The position numbers and the translations under genes are program-made. From Octopus sinensis (lineage: Eukaryota), in the NCBI RefSeq assembly GCF_006345805.1, contig NC_043008.1, forward strand, positions 67,332,001 through 67,396,000: 64,000 nt of DNA. The letters run 5' to 3'. This document shows, in pieces, positions 40,145 to 54,076 of the stretch; the first letter of the stretch is position 1, and each line of letters opens with the position of its first letter. A model generated the notes under the pieces. The model was given only the letters and a program-made list of their open reading frames with translations, was not told where the DNA came from and searched no databases.

Positions 40145-40945
40145 TGTGATGGGTAACTTGTCGCCATTTTATATTTTTAATTTCGTGCATGCACATTGTT
40201 CTTAATTTTGTTGACTATACTGTATAGTAGGGTTATTTGGGCACCATCTGTAAGAAAAACAGCACCATGACACAATTCACTCTGTCAGAAATTTGGAAAT
40301 GACATACTGTACTGTTTGTCATTCATACCGGAAGCTCCAATTCAAAAATGTACCAATATGAACAGGTATCGAGAGTGATAAAAATCAAACATCCAGTCAA
40401 CATCAATGTTATGCCTCCATTCATCTTCCCATACAGCCTCACACATAACATGGAGGCCTGTATCAAGTGCCTGGAGGATATAGCCTTGGGTCAAGAGGGT
40501 GGCTGCTGGAAAACCCTATGTCTGACAACAAGACTCTGCACCATGCTACACATATAGGAAAACCCAGTCATAGCTACCATATAATTTCTGCAAACACATC
40601 ACCACTCAACTCCCCAGACTGCAACCCCCTTGATTGTAATGTATGGGGCACAATCGAGAGAGATAGAGCAACAAAGCTCCTTATAACACCAAACATGAAC
40701 TGAAGGCAAGGATTATGGCAGCATTTACTAACTTAAACAAGGAGACTGTCCAGAAGAGTTGCAGGAGATTTTGAAGTTGTCTGGAATCCGTGGTTGAAGC
40801 CAAAGGTGATTTTATTGAATAAATTTACTCATTAGTATTTCAAGATATCTTTCTGTAATTTTCGTAAATATATCTGTTAAATGAAATGTCAGTGTTATTT
40901 TCCTTTTTTGTTTAATTTAGATAACGATTTATTCACCACACCCTG
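40140..40945 (+). mobile_element. Tc1/mariner-superfamily deleted element with imperfect TIRs
   Basis: The end CAATGTGTGATGGGTAACTTGTC is related to the reverse complement of the other end, CAGGGTGTGGTGAATAAATCGTT. Internal PLNSPDCNPLDCNVWG corresponds to the WPPNSPDLNPLDYxVW transposase motif. Confidence 0.75.
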
Positions 40946-41557
40946 TGTATGTATGTGTGTGTGTGTGTATATATATATATGTGTGTGTGTATATATATAT
41001 ATACATATATATATACATACATAAATATACATATATACATACATAGAAATATATGCATATACATACACACACACATATATATATACACACACACATTTCC
41101 ACCACATATAGACTCCCACACACATATATACATATATACATACACACATACACATATATACACACACATATATGCATACACAGACATACATATACACATA
41201 CATATGCACACACATACACATGCATATACATACATATGTACATATACACATATATACATATATATATACACACACATGGTGCGTAAACTTAGTTTGCACA
41301 AGGCTCAATATCCATTTTCAGTGTCTGTTGTATATTTAAAATACATTCCCAAATATCATTCCATTTCTTTGCTGTTGTTCATGAATCAACAACTCACTCG
41401 CTCTTTCTTGAATCAACAGCTATGTTATTGTTAATATTTTTCAAATGTGACAATTTCGGCCCGACTTCCCGTCTCATTGCAAAATGCTTATAAGATAAAT
41501 TTAACAATTAAAATCTACATATATATTGATTTAGTATTAATATTGTAATGATAATAA

Positions 41558-41942
41558 TAATCATCATCATCATCAATGTTTAGCGTCCGCTTTCCATGCT
41601 AGCAACGGGTTGGACGGTTCAACTGGGGTCTGGGAAGCCAGAAGGCTGCACCAGGCCCAGTCTGATCTGGCAATGTTTCTACGGCTGGATGCCCTTCCTA
41701 ACGCCAACCACTCCGTGAGTGTAGTGGGTGCTTTTTACGTGCCACTGGCACAGGTGCCAGACGAGTCCAGCAAACGGCTACGATTGGATGGTGCTTTTTA
41801 CATGCCACCGGCAAGGGGGCCAGGTGAGGCTGGCAACGGACACGAACGGATGGTGCTTTTTATGTGCCACCGGCACAAGGCCAGTCGGGGTGGCGCTGGC
41901 AACGGCCACGTTCCGATGGTTCTCTTACATGCCACCGGCACT
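41558..41942 (-). mobile_element. SINE family D with a (GAT)n tail and internal repeats of about 60 bp. Others at about 2870-3290(-), 15762-16103(+), 23569-23880(-), 39048-39385(-)
   Basis: (CAT)n-GTTTAACGTC..TTTCCATGCTAGC..CTGGATGCCCTTCCTAACGCCAACC, followed by repeated GGTGCTTTTTACGTGCCAC units. Confidence 0.75.
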
Positions 41943-42786
41943 TAAATACTACAGCTTTTCTTCTGAGCCTGTCTAGCTATGAGGTACATAAACTTAGACA
42001 TCTCACATAATCTAGTCTCCAAATACATTATGTATGTCCAGATTTACTAGACCTTGTTAAATTTCTTCCAATTACTTGAAGTAGCTCAAATTTATACCAG
42101 ATTATTTTTTCAAAATGTAGTTTTGATGTACTTTTTCAAGCTGATGAAAATCGCATTCATTTTTTTCAAGAAATTAATAATAAAGAAGTTACAGGGATTT
42201 AAAGATATATAATCTTAACCAATGCAAAGCCTCCATTGCCAACATATCAGAAGTCACAAATGTCTGTTGTTATGGTAGCATATATTGACATTGTAGCAAA
42301 AGAAAACACCGAGGATCTGTGTTTGTGAGAAAAGGCACATTACTGGAAGGGGGAACCCATTCTCTTAGGAGTTCATGCAAGTTCATAGAGCACTGCATGT
42401 TTGATAAGTGTGACATATTTGAAAAACTATTTGAATGTATAGCACTATTTTGCTAATGTTTGAAAAACCTTTTAAATGCATAGCACAATTTCAAGAACAA
42501 AAATAATTTTTCAAAAAAGCATTTAAGGTTCCATAATATTTTAATTTTCTTATTGACACATAAGCAAACAACAATAAAATATGATTGCCATGACTTCAGG
42601 CAGCCGCAGCTTCTGATACACTGGCAATGGAGGTTTCCTATTGGTTAAACTTATATAACTTTAAATGCTTGTAACCTCTTTAAGATTAATTTCTAGAAAA
42701 AAAATGATGAGATTTTTGTCATCAGCATGAAAAACTTCATCGGTGAAAAAAATTCAAAAACAAAAATCAGGTGAAATTTTGAACTA

Positions 42787-43021
42787 CAGGGTGCAGCAGA
42801 AAGGCTGCCCTGATTTCAAAGGTTAATAAAAAACAAACACGTGAAGATACAAGAAAAATCAATGCTCTCCACTCCAGGCCATGGTGGATACTACTTGAAA
42901 TAGAAATAAATGGCATTTAATGAACTTCATAGAAATACAAAGTCTTTTCATACATCTTAATGTGTTTGTTTGTTTTTTTTATTAACCTTTGAAATTGGGG
43001 CAACCTTTTTGTTGTACTCTG
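42787..43021. mobile_element. Tc1/mariner-type MITE with TA target duplication
   Basis: CAGGGTGCAGCAGAAAGGCTGCCCTGATTTCAAAGGTTAATAAAAAA versus the right-end reverse complement CAGAGTACAACAAAAAGGTTGCCCCAATTTCAAAGGTTAATAAAAAA. TA on both sides. Confidence 0.75.
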
Positions 43022-45556
43022 TACTTGAAGTGATTGAAAGAAATTTAACAAAATCTGATTTATCTACATGGTTTGGCAGGCTGATGCATAGGGTCTTAAA
43101 ATCTAAGGGACCTCCAACCAATGTGTGTATATAATTCTAATCATGAGAGTTGGGGAACGAGAGAGGTTTTTGTGCATGGAATAGCCTTGGTCCTGTCTTC
43201 ATCTAAATCTGACACTGCGCATAGGTGAAAATGAAAAGCAAAGACAGGCTGTTCAATACTTTTGAATATCTGTTACATCAAGGCGACTGATCTTAGGCTA
43301 AACAACAGCAACAACAACTGTACTTCGCTTGTAAGACACGGAGAAAAATAGTGTGTTGGGAACGTATAAAGCGATGGTAATGAATAGAAGAGAAGATATA
43401 TTCAATATCTCATTCATAAAAGACTCTAGTCACAAACAAACATCATAAAGGTATGAATTGAACAAGAGACAATAAACGACACAAAGGAAATACAATGTAT
43501 AGAAAATCAATGAATGACACACCACTCCCAACTGTTGTTTGATACTTGTTTGAAGCATAAATAACATGGCCTCCTTAAATCTCAAACTTCATATATTTCT
43601 GATAGTAGTCTTGATTTATTAAGTGAACTAAAATAAAATCACAAAGAAAAAATACTGTAAATTTTAATACTATATAATCACAGGAAAAAAAATAATTAAT
43701 AGTAATTAAAAATATCTTAATTTGTTTATTAACTGATAAGAACATGACTTAAATGCAATAACAATGTCAATGCATATATGAAGAAAATAAAGTGCATAAT
43801 ATTTAAAATACTTCACAAAATGCAAGTATGGCTAAGTGATAAGAAGCTTGCTTCCTAGCCACATGGTTTTGGGTTCAGTTCCACTGCATGGTGCCTTGGG
43901 CAAGTGTCTTCTACTATGGCCTCAGGCCAACCAAAGCCTTGTTAGTGGATTTAGTAGATGAAAACTGAAAGAAGCCCATTGTATATGTATGTGAGTGTGT
44001 GTGTGTCTTTTTGTCTGTGTTTGTCCTCCACCTCTGCTCGATTACTGATACTGATGTGTTACATACATCTCCATAGCTTAGTGGTTCATGGTTCATTAAA
44101 ACAGATGGATAGAAGAAGTACCAGGTTTAAAGTGCCATTATGACAGCGAAAGAATCTATAATGAGAAGTTAGACAAATATCCATAGACACAAGAATGAGA
44201 AATACCAGTTTCATAGCCAATCGTACATGGTGATTGAAATACTGTACCAAGAAGTTGTGGCGATGATGCGCAGCTGGTTGCCATACATCTCATACATGAA
44301 GTTGTTGCTGTAATGCTGCTACCTGAGTCATTTGTACAGAAGTTCTTGCAGGTTGTATGTTTGCTGTTAACTACGATGAAGTAATTCACAAACAGTGCTA
44401 TGTTGGCTGAGCTGTGTACGTAGAGAGATGATGTCGATGACATTAAGAAGAAGATGTATATATATATATATATATATATACATACATATACATATGTATA
44501 TCAAAATAAGCAATGAAGATATCCAGAGGTAATGCAGTACGATCGTTTCATGCAACTCCATTTAATTGAACAATGCAATAATTTCATTACATCAATTTAA
44601 AATGTAGAGCAATCTTCAGCTGCACAAAGACATAGAATTTAATTAAATTAGAAGGAAACATTAGTATAATTTTACCTAAAATCTCCAAGAAGATAAGGAG
44701 ATAGACAACGAATATGTTTTACCAACAACATCATAGTTGTAACTGTTATTCTTTTCAAGAAGACACTGCCTGTCACTGTTATTTAGTTTTATTATGGGGG
44801 GAGGGGGGCAGTTTTAATTTATAGACTAGTTTATCAAATCCTTTGTATATTTAAGGCTGAGAGAAGACAGAGGGTAGTATCTGTTTGGGGTAGAGTTGGT
44901 GGAGTAGACAGACATTCTAAATTGCATAGTCATAAAATCAAGAATTATTTGAAGCAATGTCAAGAGGTTTAGTAAGAGAATACTTAAAACAAGATGTTAG
45001 TTGATAATTATGAGATCACCCACTAGCAGACCATTGATAATGGGACAGGGTAAGTCTTATCATGTAGTGCTACAGTTAACTATTATAAAACAATGCTGCT
45101 ATATTGTATACAGATAAAGTTTAGGGTTATTCAAAAGATTATTAAGAAGAATATTTATGAATACTTTTTAGTATATATCAAACTTTTACCAAAATAGAGG
45201 GAGGAAAAGAAAATATAGAAATAGTTTAATATTTATACACTTAAATACTAACTCATCAGATGATATCTTTGAATATTGATTAAATGATATTTACTGGTAT
45301 TAATAAAGGAGTATTGAGGTAAAAGAACATGCTAATTATATATTAACAATTTTAGTCTAAGCAGATTTTTTTTTATTGTAAGTAGTGAATATTTCAGCAT
45401 AGCTTTATACAAGCAGAGTATGGAATTTATAGAGACAAAAGACTTAGAATAATTTTATAAATAAATAAATAAATAAAGGCTAATTTTAAAAATAAAATAA
45501 AATAAAATAATCATGGGTAGAACATCATAGAAAAGGGGTAAAATGGTTTAATTACT

Positions 45557-45944
45557 TTTTTTGGAAGCACTCCGTTGGTTGTGACGATGAGGGTTCCGGT
45601 TGATCCGAATCAACGGAACAGCCTGCTCGTGAAATTAACATGTAAGTGGCTGAGCACTCCACAGACACGTGCACCCTTAACGTAGTTCTCGGGGATATTC
45701 AACGTGACACAGAGAGTGACAAGGCCGGCCCCTTGAAATACAGGTACAACAGAAACAGGAAGTAAGAGTGAGAGAAAGTTGTGGTGAAAGAGTACAGCAG
45801 GGATCACCACCATCCCCTGCCAGAGCCTCGTGGAGCTTTTAGGTGTTTTTGCTCAATAAACGCTCACAACGCCCGGTCTGGGAATCGAAACCGCGATCCT
45901 ATGACCGCGAGTCCGCTGCCCTAACCACTGGGCCATTGCGCCTC
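45557..45944 (-). mobile_element. SINE family B with a 12-bp target site duplication. Others at 24490-24874(-), about 19594-19760(+), about 62370-62545(+)
   Basis: tRNA-like head GAGGCGCAATGGCCCAGTGGTTAGGG...GTTTCGATTCCC. TSD GGTTTAATTACT at 45545-45556 and 45945-45956. Short A tail. Nearly identical to the 24490 copy. Confidence 0.85.
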
Positions 45945-46181
45945 GGTTTAATTACTAATACTATGGTAAAGTATATTTAGGTTGTTAACACCAATAGAGC
46001 AGATTTTTAGAAAAAAGTTTAATAATTCAAAATATATTAGACTAAAAATTATATTTACTTGTTAAGATAATATCTATAAAAGGCTGATATTTGGTATCGG
46101 CTAAAGGAATAATTAAGTTATGGAACAATTCTACTTTTAACTAATCTTTTTGTAAAATTAAGGGTTATATCATAGGTTTAA

Positions 46182-46401
46182 CCTTTTAGTGTTTAAACCG
46201 GCTATATCCGGCCCAAATATTCTACTCATTTTATGCTCAAACTGGCCAGAACCAGTATCTCATACCTACCCTGCAATGTCATTCTAAAAATAAACAATTA
46301 CATCTTTCAAATCTTGAAGCTACAAGATAATACCAGATTAATATTTTAAAATGTAAATGAATAAAGATTACTTTTGACATATTAATTTGAATGCTAAAGG
46401 G
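46182..46401 (+). mobile_element. piggyBac-type MITE, same family
   Basis: TTAA at 46178-46181 and 46402-46405. Confidence 0.75.
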
Positions 46402-48567
46402 TTAAGAAGTTAATTATTATTACACCCTACATGATATTCATATTTCTAATTGATACTTATTTAGAAAAGTTATTTATATAAAGGTCTTTATAAATCAGGA
46501 GGGTGGAGCTATTTGAGAAAAAGAAAAATTAAGTAATTTTTAAAAAGATCATTTCAAACAATGTTATCATACTGTATAAGGTTAAAAATTTTTTTAGGGT
46601 AATCAACAAGATTATTAAGAATGAGAATTTTAACAAATAGGATACCACTTTTGAGTATATACCAAATTCTTTTAACCATAATAGAGGGAGGTAAAAGAAA
46701 ATCGCAAAGAAATAGATTAATATTTATATACTTATCTCTTTTCTAAAATATTCACTTATTATTAGGTTTCTATGGAGATTGATCAATTGGATTTAACTAA
46801 TATTTAATAAGGGCAACTGAGGTTAAAGAACATGTCAACTATATACTGATTTAATTAAAGTTGAACTAATTTTAAGTTGTGGAGATACCAGTATTAACTT
46901 ATATAAGCTGAGCATGAATTAATAGGGGTACAAGGATTAGATTTATTTAAGGCTGCCATAAAAATAACAATAACAACAATAATAAAAGGATCAGTTAGGG
47001 TAGAGCATCATGGAAAAGGAATAAAATAGACTAATCACTAAAAACTATAATAAAAAATTAAAACATTTATACCTTATTAACTCAAATAACAAGTTTATAT
47101 AGAAAATGTATAATAATTTATGAGCTAGAAAATTAGCTTATTAAGTTTACTATAATCAGGGCTGAACCTTGGTATTTGTTGAAAAGATAATTTTTGTAAA
47201 GAGGACAAGTCAACCATATACTAATATCAAATTAAGAGGTATGATATAGATTACAAAAGTTGTGTGTATCTATAAATAATATTAGTTTCTTAGGGGTACT
47301 TAATTGGAAGGGCTATTTAAAATCAATATAAATATCAAAATTAAGGGGATGGAACATTTTAAGAAAGGGATAAAAAACTTAATTCCAAAAACTATTTTGA
47401 ACATTGTCATTTTTTTGTAAAAGGTTAATATATAAGGCAAAGGTTAATATATAAGGCTATCATGGAGATTTAACATTTAGGTGAGGGAACAAATATATTA
47501 CAAATTAGTTAAATCTTAATTTAGGCAGTTTAATTTTGGCATTTTAATTTTAAAATTTTGAAGATACTTATATTGTTTTTTTATAAGCTAAGTATGGCTT
47601 TATAGGGGTACAACAATTTAGGTTTTTATAAAGGTAATTATAGAGTATTGAAATGATTAAGTAGAGTAGAAACATCATAGGGTGGCTGTGTGGTAAGTAG
47701 CTTGCTTACCAACCACATGGTTGCGGATTCAGTCCCACTGAGTGGCACCTTCGGCAAGTGTCTTCTACTATAGCCTCAGGCCTTGTGAGTGGATTTGGTA
47801 GACAGAAACTGAAAGAAGCCTGTTGTATATATATATGTGTGTGTGTGTGTGTATGTTTGTCCCCCCAACATCGATGCTGGTGTGTACATCTCCGTAACTT
47901 AGCAGTTTGTCAAAAGAGACCAATAGAATAAGTACTAGGCTTACAAAGAATAAGTCCTGGGGTCGATTTGCTCAACTAAAGGCAGTGCTTCAGCATGGCC
48001 ACAGTCAAATGACTGAAACAAGTAATAGAGTATATATACATACACATATATATATACACATACATATATATACATATGCATATATATAACACAACCCCAC
48101 CATTTACTGACTAATACATACGCATATATATATAAACATAGTCACATATATAGATATACATATACACACACATATATATATATTTATACCTACATGTGTA
48201 TATACACACATACATGCATATATATATATAAATATATACACATATATGTATATACGTACATTTATGTATATATTTACATGTCTATACATACACTCAAATA
48301 TATATATGTAGATATATGCATGTGTATATCCACATGTATGTATGTGTATATATATATATACACACACATATATACAGGAATGGCCTTAAGTCACTTTACT
48401 CATTTCTAGTAATAATAAAATGGGTGAAAGTACTCATGGCCATCTCCATATATATATATATATATATATAAAAATGTTATACCTAGATATGTTCATATTT
48501 TAACTATTGGACACACACTATACATGTTTGTGTGTATATATATATATATATATAAGTTTAATTCATA

Positions 48568-48880
48568 TGAGGTGGTATCAAATATTTTCCAGACTGAAAC
48601 TTATTTACGTAAATTTCAATACCATCTACAAAATAATCACATTACATAGACCAACAACATCAGCCAATTTCATCATCTTCCAACGATCCTCATGTACAAG
48701 GTGATGAATTTTCTCCACATTTCTGTTGGTGACACTCCTGGCAGGTCTTCAGGGATATTCTTCCACTTTGGAAGTGGCCATGCCTCTCAAAACATTGCGT
48801 AGAACCCATTGCCTTGTTACTGAAGCATGCCTAATATGTCTGTAATGTAAGATTTCCCATTCGTTCTACATACAGCACAC
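48568..48880 (-). mobile_element. mariner-like internally deleted remnant
   Basis: TIR-like TATGAGGTGGTATCAAATATT at about 48567. The minus strand encodes NVEKIHHLVHEDR, typical of the mariner N-terminal region. Confidence 0.55.
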
Positions 48881-51800
48881 ACATGATCACAAAAACACAA
48901 ATTTCATAACTTGTGAAGTAGAGCGGCTGTGTGGTAAGTAGTTTGCTTACCAACCTCATGGTTCCGGGCTCAGTCCCACTGCGTGGCACCTTGGGCAAGT
49001 GTCTTCTACTATAGCCTTGTGAGTAGATTTAGCAGACGGAAACTGAAAGAAGGCCATCGTATATATATATATATGTGTGTGTGTGTGTCTGTCCTCCCAA
49101 CATTGCTTGACAACTGACGCTGGTGTGTTTACGGTCCTGTAAACTTAGCGGTTCGGCAAAAGAGACTGATAGAATAAGTACTAGGCTTACAAAGAATAAG
49201 TCCTGGGGTCGATTTGCTTGACTAAAGGCGGTGCTCCAGCATGGCTACAGTCACATGACTGAAACAAGTAAAAGAGTAAAGAGAGTAATCACTGCAATGT
49301 CACTCGGCCTGCCACCTCATGAAGGTCACTGCACACGCGACCAAGTGCTGCCGTCTGTTGGTGCACTACAGATCTGGTCTGGGATACCACCTTGTATGAA
49401 ACATACTCCTTACTTTTAAATAAATTGGAAAAGGCTAAAAATTTTAAGCTTCAGTTTATCAATAGCAGAAGAATTAAAAACAAAAACAATCATGCAAAAT
49501 GAAATTAAAGTGATTTTATTACAATGATTAAATCAACTGAATAATGAAAATAAAAGTAATATTTCATAAGAGGTGTAAATCATTGATAATATTGGCAGTT
49601 ATTGAACTTAACAAAAACACATGAGAAAATATAAGGAATCTTTCATTTAAAAATTAAAACATTTCGTCTTTTTCTTTTCATCATACATTGGTTAACAGTA
49701 ATTTCTAACATTTTCACAAGGCCATAGGATTTGGGGTGTGGATAGTTCATTTAATCGACTCTCTGTCCCTTCCAGATAGATGAAAAATAACGCTAACTTT
49801 GGTGGGACTTGACTTCAGAAAACAAGGGATTGTAATAAAATAGTTTGAGACATTTTTTCCAACACTCCAATTATACCATTCCACCTTTATATATCTGCTA
49901 ATGGTAATTGCTAACAGTAGCATAAAACTTTAGAGTGAGGAGGCAATAGGCCTGGATTTAATACCACTCACTCAACTAGCACTTTCGTTTACCAGCCCAA
50001 GAATGGTAAATGGTAAAAGCAACTTTAATGAGAATTGAATTCAGAACACAGAAACAAAACCATCACAAGGTATTAAGTTTGGTACTCTGTCAATTCAGCT
50101 ATCTATCATCTTTACCTTGCTAAAATGCTGGAAGTTTGTAATGAAATTGTATGGTCAGTTGAATCTGACCAGTATATTACAGGTACCTGCTTTATCAAGC
50201 CTGTAGAGATAAAAAGCAAGTTGTCCAATGATATGATTTCAAATCAGAATGCAGAGGGGATAACTAAATACTCTCAGACATTTAGTTAAAACACTGCATC
50301 ATTCCACAGACCAGCACAACACTGACAAGGCAACTCAGCACTGTAGCATTCCACACATGACAACCCAGGACTGTACCATTCTACAACACTGACAGTCTAG
50401 TCCTGTATCTTTCCATGGCTTCAACTCCAAAAGTGTAAAAGGCAAAGTTTTGAAATGAGAACATAAAGGTATCATACTAAATATAGCAAGCAATTTGGTC
50501 TAATACTCAACCATACATTGCGCTTAGGAGATCTGTCAATAATAAAAATAATTTAATGGTTCTTCATATTTGCACAAACCCATAATTTTGTTTAGACATG
50601 GTTGACCATAACAACAATTGTTTCAAATTTTGGCACAAAGCCAGTTATTTTTAAGGGGGAAGGGATAAGTCGATTACATTGACCCCAGTACTCAACAGGT
50701 ACTTTATTTCATTGACCCTGAAAGGATGACAGGGGAAAATTGACCTTGGCAAGAACATAGAGAGCAAGAAGAAATATTGCTGAGGATTTTTTTTCGTTTT
50801 TGACACATATATAATTCTACCAGCTTGCCGACTCAAAAAATAACAGTTTCAAATTTTAGCACAGGGCCAACAATTTTAAGGGAGAGGTAAGTTGATTACA
50901 TCAGCTCCAATGCTCAACTGGTACTTATTTCATTGACCCCAAAAGCATAAAAGGCAAAGTTTACCTCAGTGTGATTTGAACTCAAGAACATGAAGAGCAG
51001 AAAGAAATACTGCTAAGCATTTTTATCTGATGCACTAACAATTCTGCCAGTTCAATGCCTCAATAACAATAATTCTTTCTACTATAGGCACAAGGCCTGA
51101 AATTTTCAGAAAGGGACAGTCGATTGCATTGCTCCCAGTACTCAACTGGCAATTATTTTATTGACCCCAAAAGGAGGAAAGGCAAAGTTGACTGTAGCAG
51201 AATCTGAACATCGAATGTAAAGAGTGAGAAGAAATTCTATGCATTTTCACCCATGAGCTATTCTGTCAGCGTGTTGTCTTATATTAATTTCTCACATTCG
51301 TACACGGTCACAAATACTAGGAAAATTAATTCAATACTTCCTGGTATTTGACTTCCACTTATATATCAAGCTAAGGAAAATAAAGGGTAACATCAACTCA
51401 AGTTGAATTTGAACTCGGAATGCAAGCAAGCATGTCTTGCAAGGTATTTTCTCTTTCTGTCATTTCTGTTATCCACAGTCATTAACAATTAGAATTTTTG
51501 ACATTCTAATTAGCCATTTCCTTACAAGAATGACAATAATAAAAGTAACCAGAACAATATTTATAACAGGAAAAAAAAAATACACAATATTTCATAAAAA
51601 AAAATTTAGAAAAATCATTCATAAAAATGAAATATCAAATTTTAAAGAACTGAGAAAATGTTTTGTTCAAGTAGTCTTTTTTTCCCTCTCTGTTTTCATA
51701 CTGGTTTCCCCACCCAACCCAACAATGCTGTGTTTCTGCAATACTATCCTAAAAGTTAGATATGAACAATACTTGGACCATGAAGTATGGTACATGAAGT

Positions 51801-51893
51801 TATCTGCAACCTGATTCAGTAATTCACCTAATAATCTATAAGGGTTTTATTAGTTAATTACTACTCTTATTTATTTATTTATGTATATATATG

Positions 51894-51927
<34 letters not shown>

Positions 51928-53194
51928 ATATAGATAGATAGATATAGCTATGTGTATGAACAAATAGTTACTTTAGCGGATGGAATCTGAGTGGAGTAAA
52001 AGTTACCAAGTGCAATGGCTAAAACTATTATATGTTCACAGATCACAACATGCAGCCAGACTTTGTGGCTTTTAGACCACCCTGTATGTGTATCACTACA
52101 TACATATATATATACACACACACATATAAACATATACGCACATAAATATATACACAAATACACACGCATATATATATACACACACATATATATATATATA
52201 TATAAGCTTTTGGGTGGGATGGTTTATTTCTTGGATAAAAATAAAATTCATAATTTGATATCCTTTGTACTGCTAACCACTCATTTATAGTGTAGTTAAA
52301 TATGGGACCTGCATTTTGTTTAACCTGACAAACTAGAAAAACTAGAGTTAGGTGCCTTGCTCAGAAACAATACAATGACAGTAATAGCTTATGATCAAAA
52401 GTGGTCAAAAGCCCAACATCTTCAGTTCACAACCATTGTACTGAGAGTATGAATTTATGCATGTGTATATATATACATATATATACACACATGTCGAAAT
52501 ATATAGATACATACATAAAGCACCAATGTTATTTAATTACATTCATATATAGTTAATATGTCACCTGTATAAACCATCGGAAACAGGTTGTCATAATTTA
52601 ATTTAAATAATTATTTATGCTCGCCCATGTCAAAGAAACACTAAATATACACTCTCACACCCACTCCTCAAAATCACTCAACATTTTCATTCAAATCAAT
52701 TCTTCAATGCTAGAATGGATAGTAGTAGCAATTGTTATCATTTGTGCCAGTTTTGGAAGGGAATAACCTCATAATAAAATGGTCAGGCCAGTGTGGTACT
52801 TGCCTGAAAGAAAAAAAGAAATGTTCAATACTGAATAAATCTACTAGACTTTGTTAACTTGTATAATAAATTCAAATTGCTAAGTAGGATTCTAGGTGTT
52901 AAGAAGTTGGGTCACTTAAGATCTCTAAATTCTTAAAATAGATTTGCTAAGAAAAGAAAAAAAAATTAAAACATGCATTACACATTCTAAAGCAATGATA
53001 TACATTTTGAAATATTTTGATTATTTCTTTTGCAGGTTTTTTTTTTTTTAATTTTTCAGTTATAATTACTTCCTCCCCACTCAAATCCACTTTGAAATTG
53101 TAAAACTTTGTCCATGAGCGAGTTCAATGATGAAGGATTTAAAACATATCACCTTTCTTAGCATATACAAATTTATATAAAATACTGTTTGTTG

Positions 53195-54076
53195 TTAATG
53201 TTCACGAGATCGAGCAAATTGTGTGCTGCCAACTGTCTTGCTCCTCCGACGTTCATAATATTCAGGTGGTGGTCGGAAAAAGGGGTTCATATCACGGTTA
53301 TTGCTGTTACGACCAGGGCGAGAAGACAATAGTGAATGTGAGGATGACAATGATGGGAGTCGGCGCTTACTGTCAGACATCGATGATAATGAAGATGATG
53401 CAGACCGTCTCTCACTGGCTCTAGGATATGGTTGGTGTCGGAAACGACTTGCAGCCATAGATGGTGGTGGGTAGTTGTTGGAATAAGGACTCTGTTTCTT
53501 ACTGTTGTAGTTATCGTTGTTGCTGTGGTTCTGGCGCCGGTTTTGGTCACCATCAGCATTCTTTCCAAGCCAATCCTGAGCGGGATTTGTTTGAGAGTAG
53601 TTATTCCCAAGAGATTCCTTGTAACTGTTCTCTCGATATCTACTTAGAAATGAGTAAAGACCATCAATACTTCCATTCATAGCATTAATTTCTTTAGAAA
53701 TATTACTTAAAGTGGTGCACGTTTTTTCATGTAAATCTCCACTTCTGAAATCTCGAGCACGAACTGAAGGGCAATCCCTACATAAGTGCCCAGTTTTACC
53801 ACATCGAATGCATTCACCACGGTTGCCCATTCCAGGTTTGGCGTGTACTTTACTGTGGGACGGTTGTACCTTGAGGATTGAGCCATTCCAGTCTTTATTG
53901 TTTAGATTTTCAACAGCTTTCATAGCATCTGTGCTTTCAGTAAAGTGGACGAATCCAAAGTCTTTGATAATGTCACATTCAACGACTTCACCATAATTGG
54001 CGAAGAGGTCCCATACTGATTTCTCACTGCTGCCCTTGGGCAAGTTGCCAACATATAATTTTGTGGTGCGTGGCAT
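53195..54076 (-). CDS. Lark/RBM4-like RNA-binding protein with one RRM, a CCHC zinc knuckle and a S/N/R-rich tail; intronless, 293 aa
   Basis: RNP2 KLYVGNL and RNP1 KDFGFVHF, followed by KPGMG and C-x2-C-x4-H-x4-C (CIRCGKTGHLCRDC). This is collinear with the RRM2-plus-knuckle half of Lark/RBM4. RFRHQPY resembles a PY-NLS. The ORF is uninterrupted. Confidence 0.9.
   Translation of the reverse strand: MPRTTKLYVGNLPKGSSEKSVWDLFANYGEVVECDIIKDFGFVHFTESTDAMKAVENLNNKDWNGSILKVQPSHSKVHAKPGMGNRGECIRCGKTGHLCRDCPSVRARDFRSGDLHEKTCTTLSNISKEINAMNGSIDGLYSFLSRYRENSYKESLGNNYSQTNPAQDWLGKNADGDQNRRQNHSNNDNYNSKKQSPYSNNYPPPSMAASRFRHQPYPRASERRSASSSLSSMSDSKRRLPSLSSSHSLLSSRPGRNSNNRDMNPFFRPPPEYYERRRSKTVGSTQFARSREH

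Noticed and set aside
53020-53062. Plus-strand splice acceptors (tttcttttgcAG, tttttcAG)
   Set aside because: No downstream open frame or donor on +. Equally explained as the minus-strand A run.
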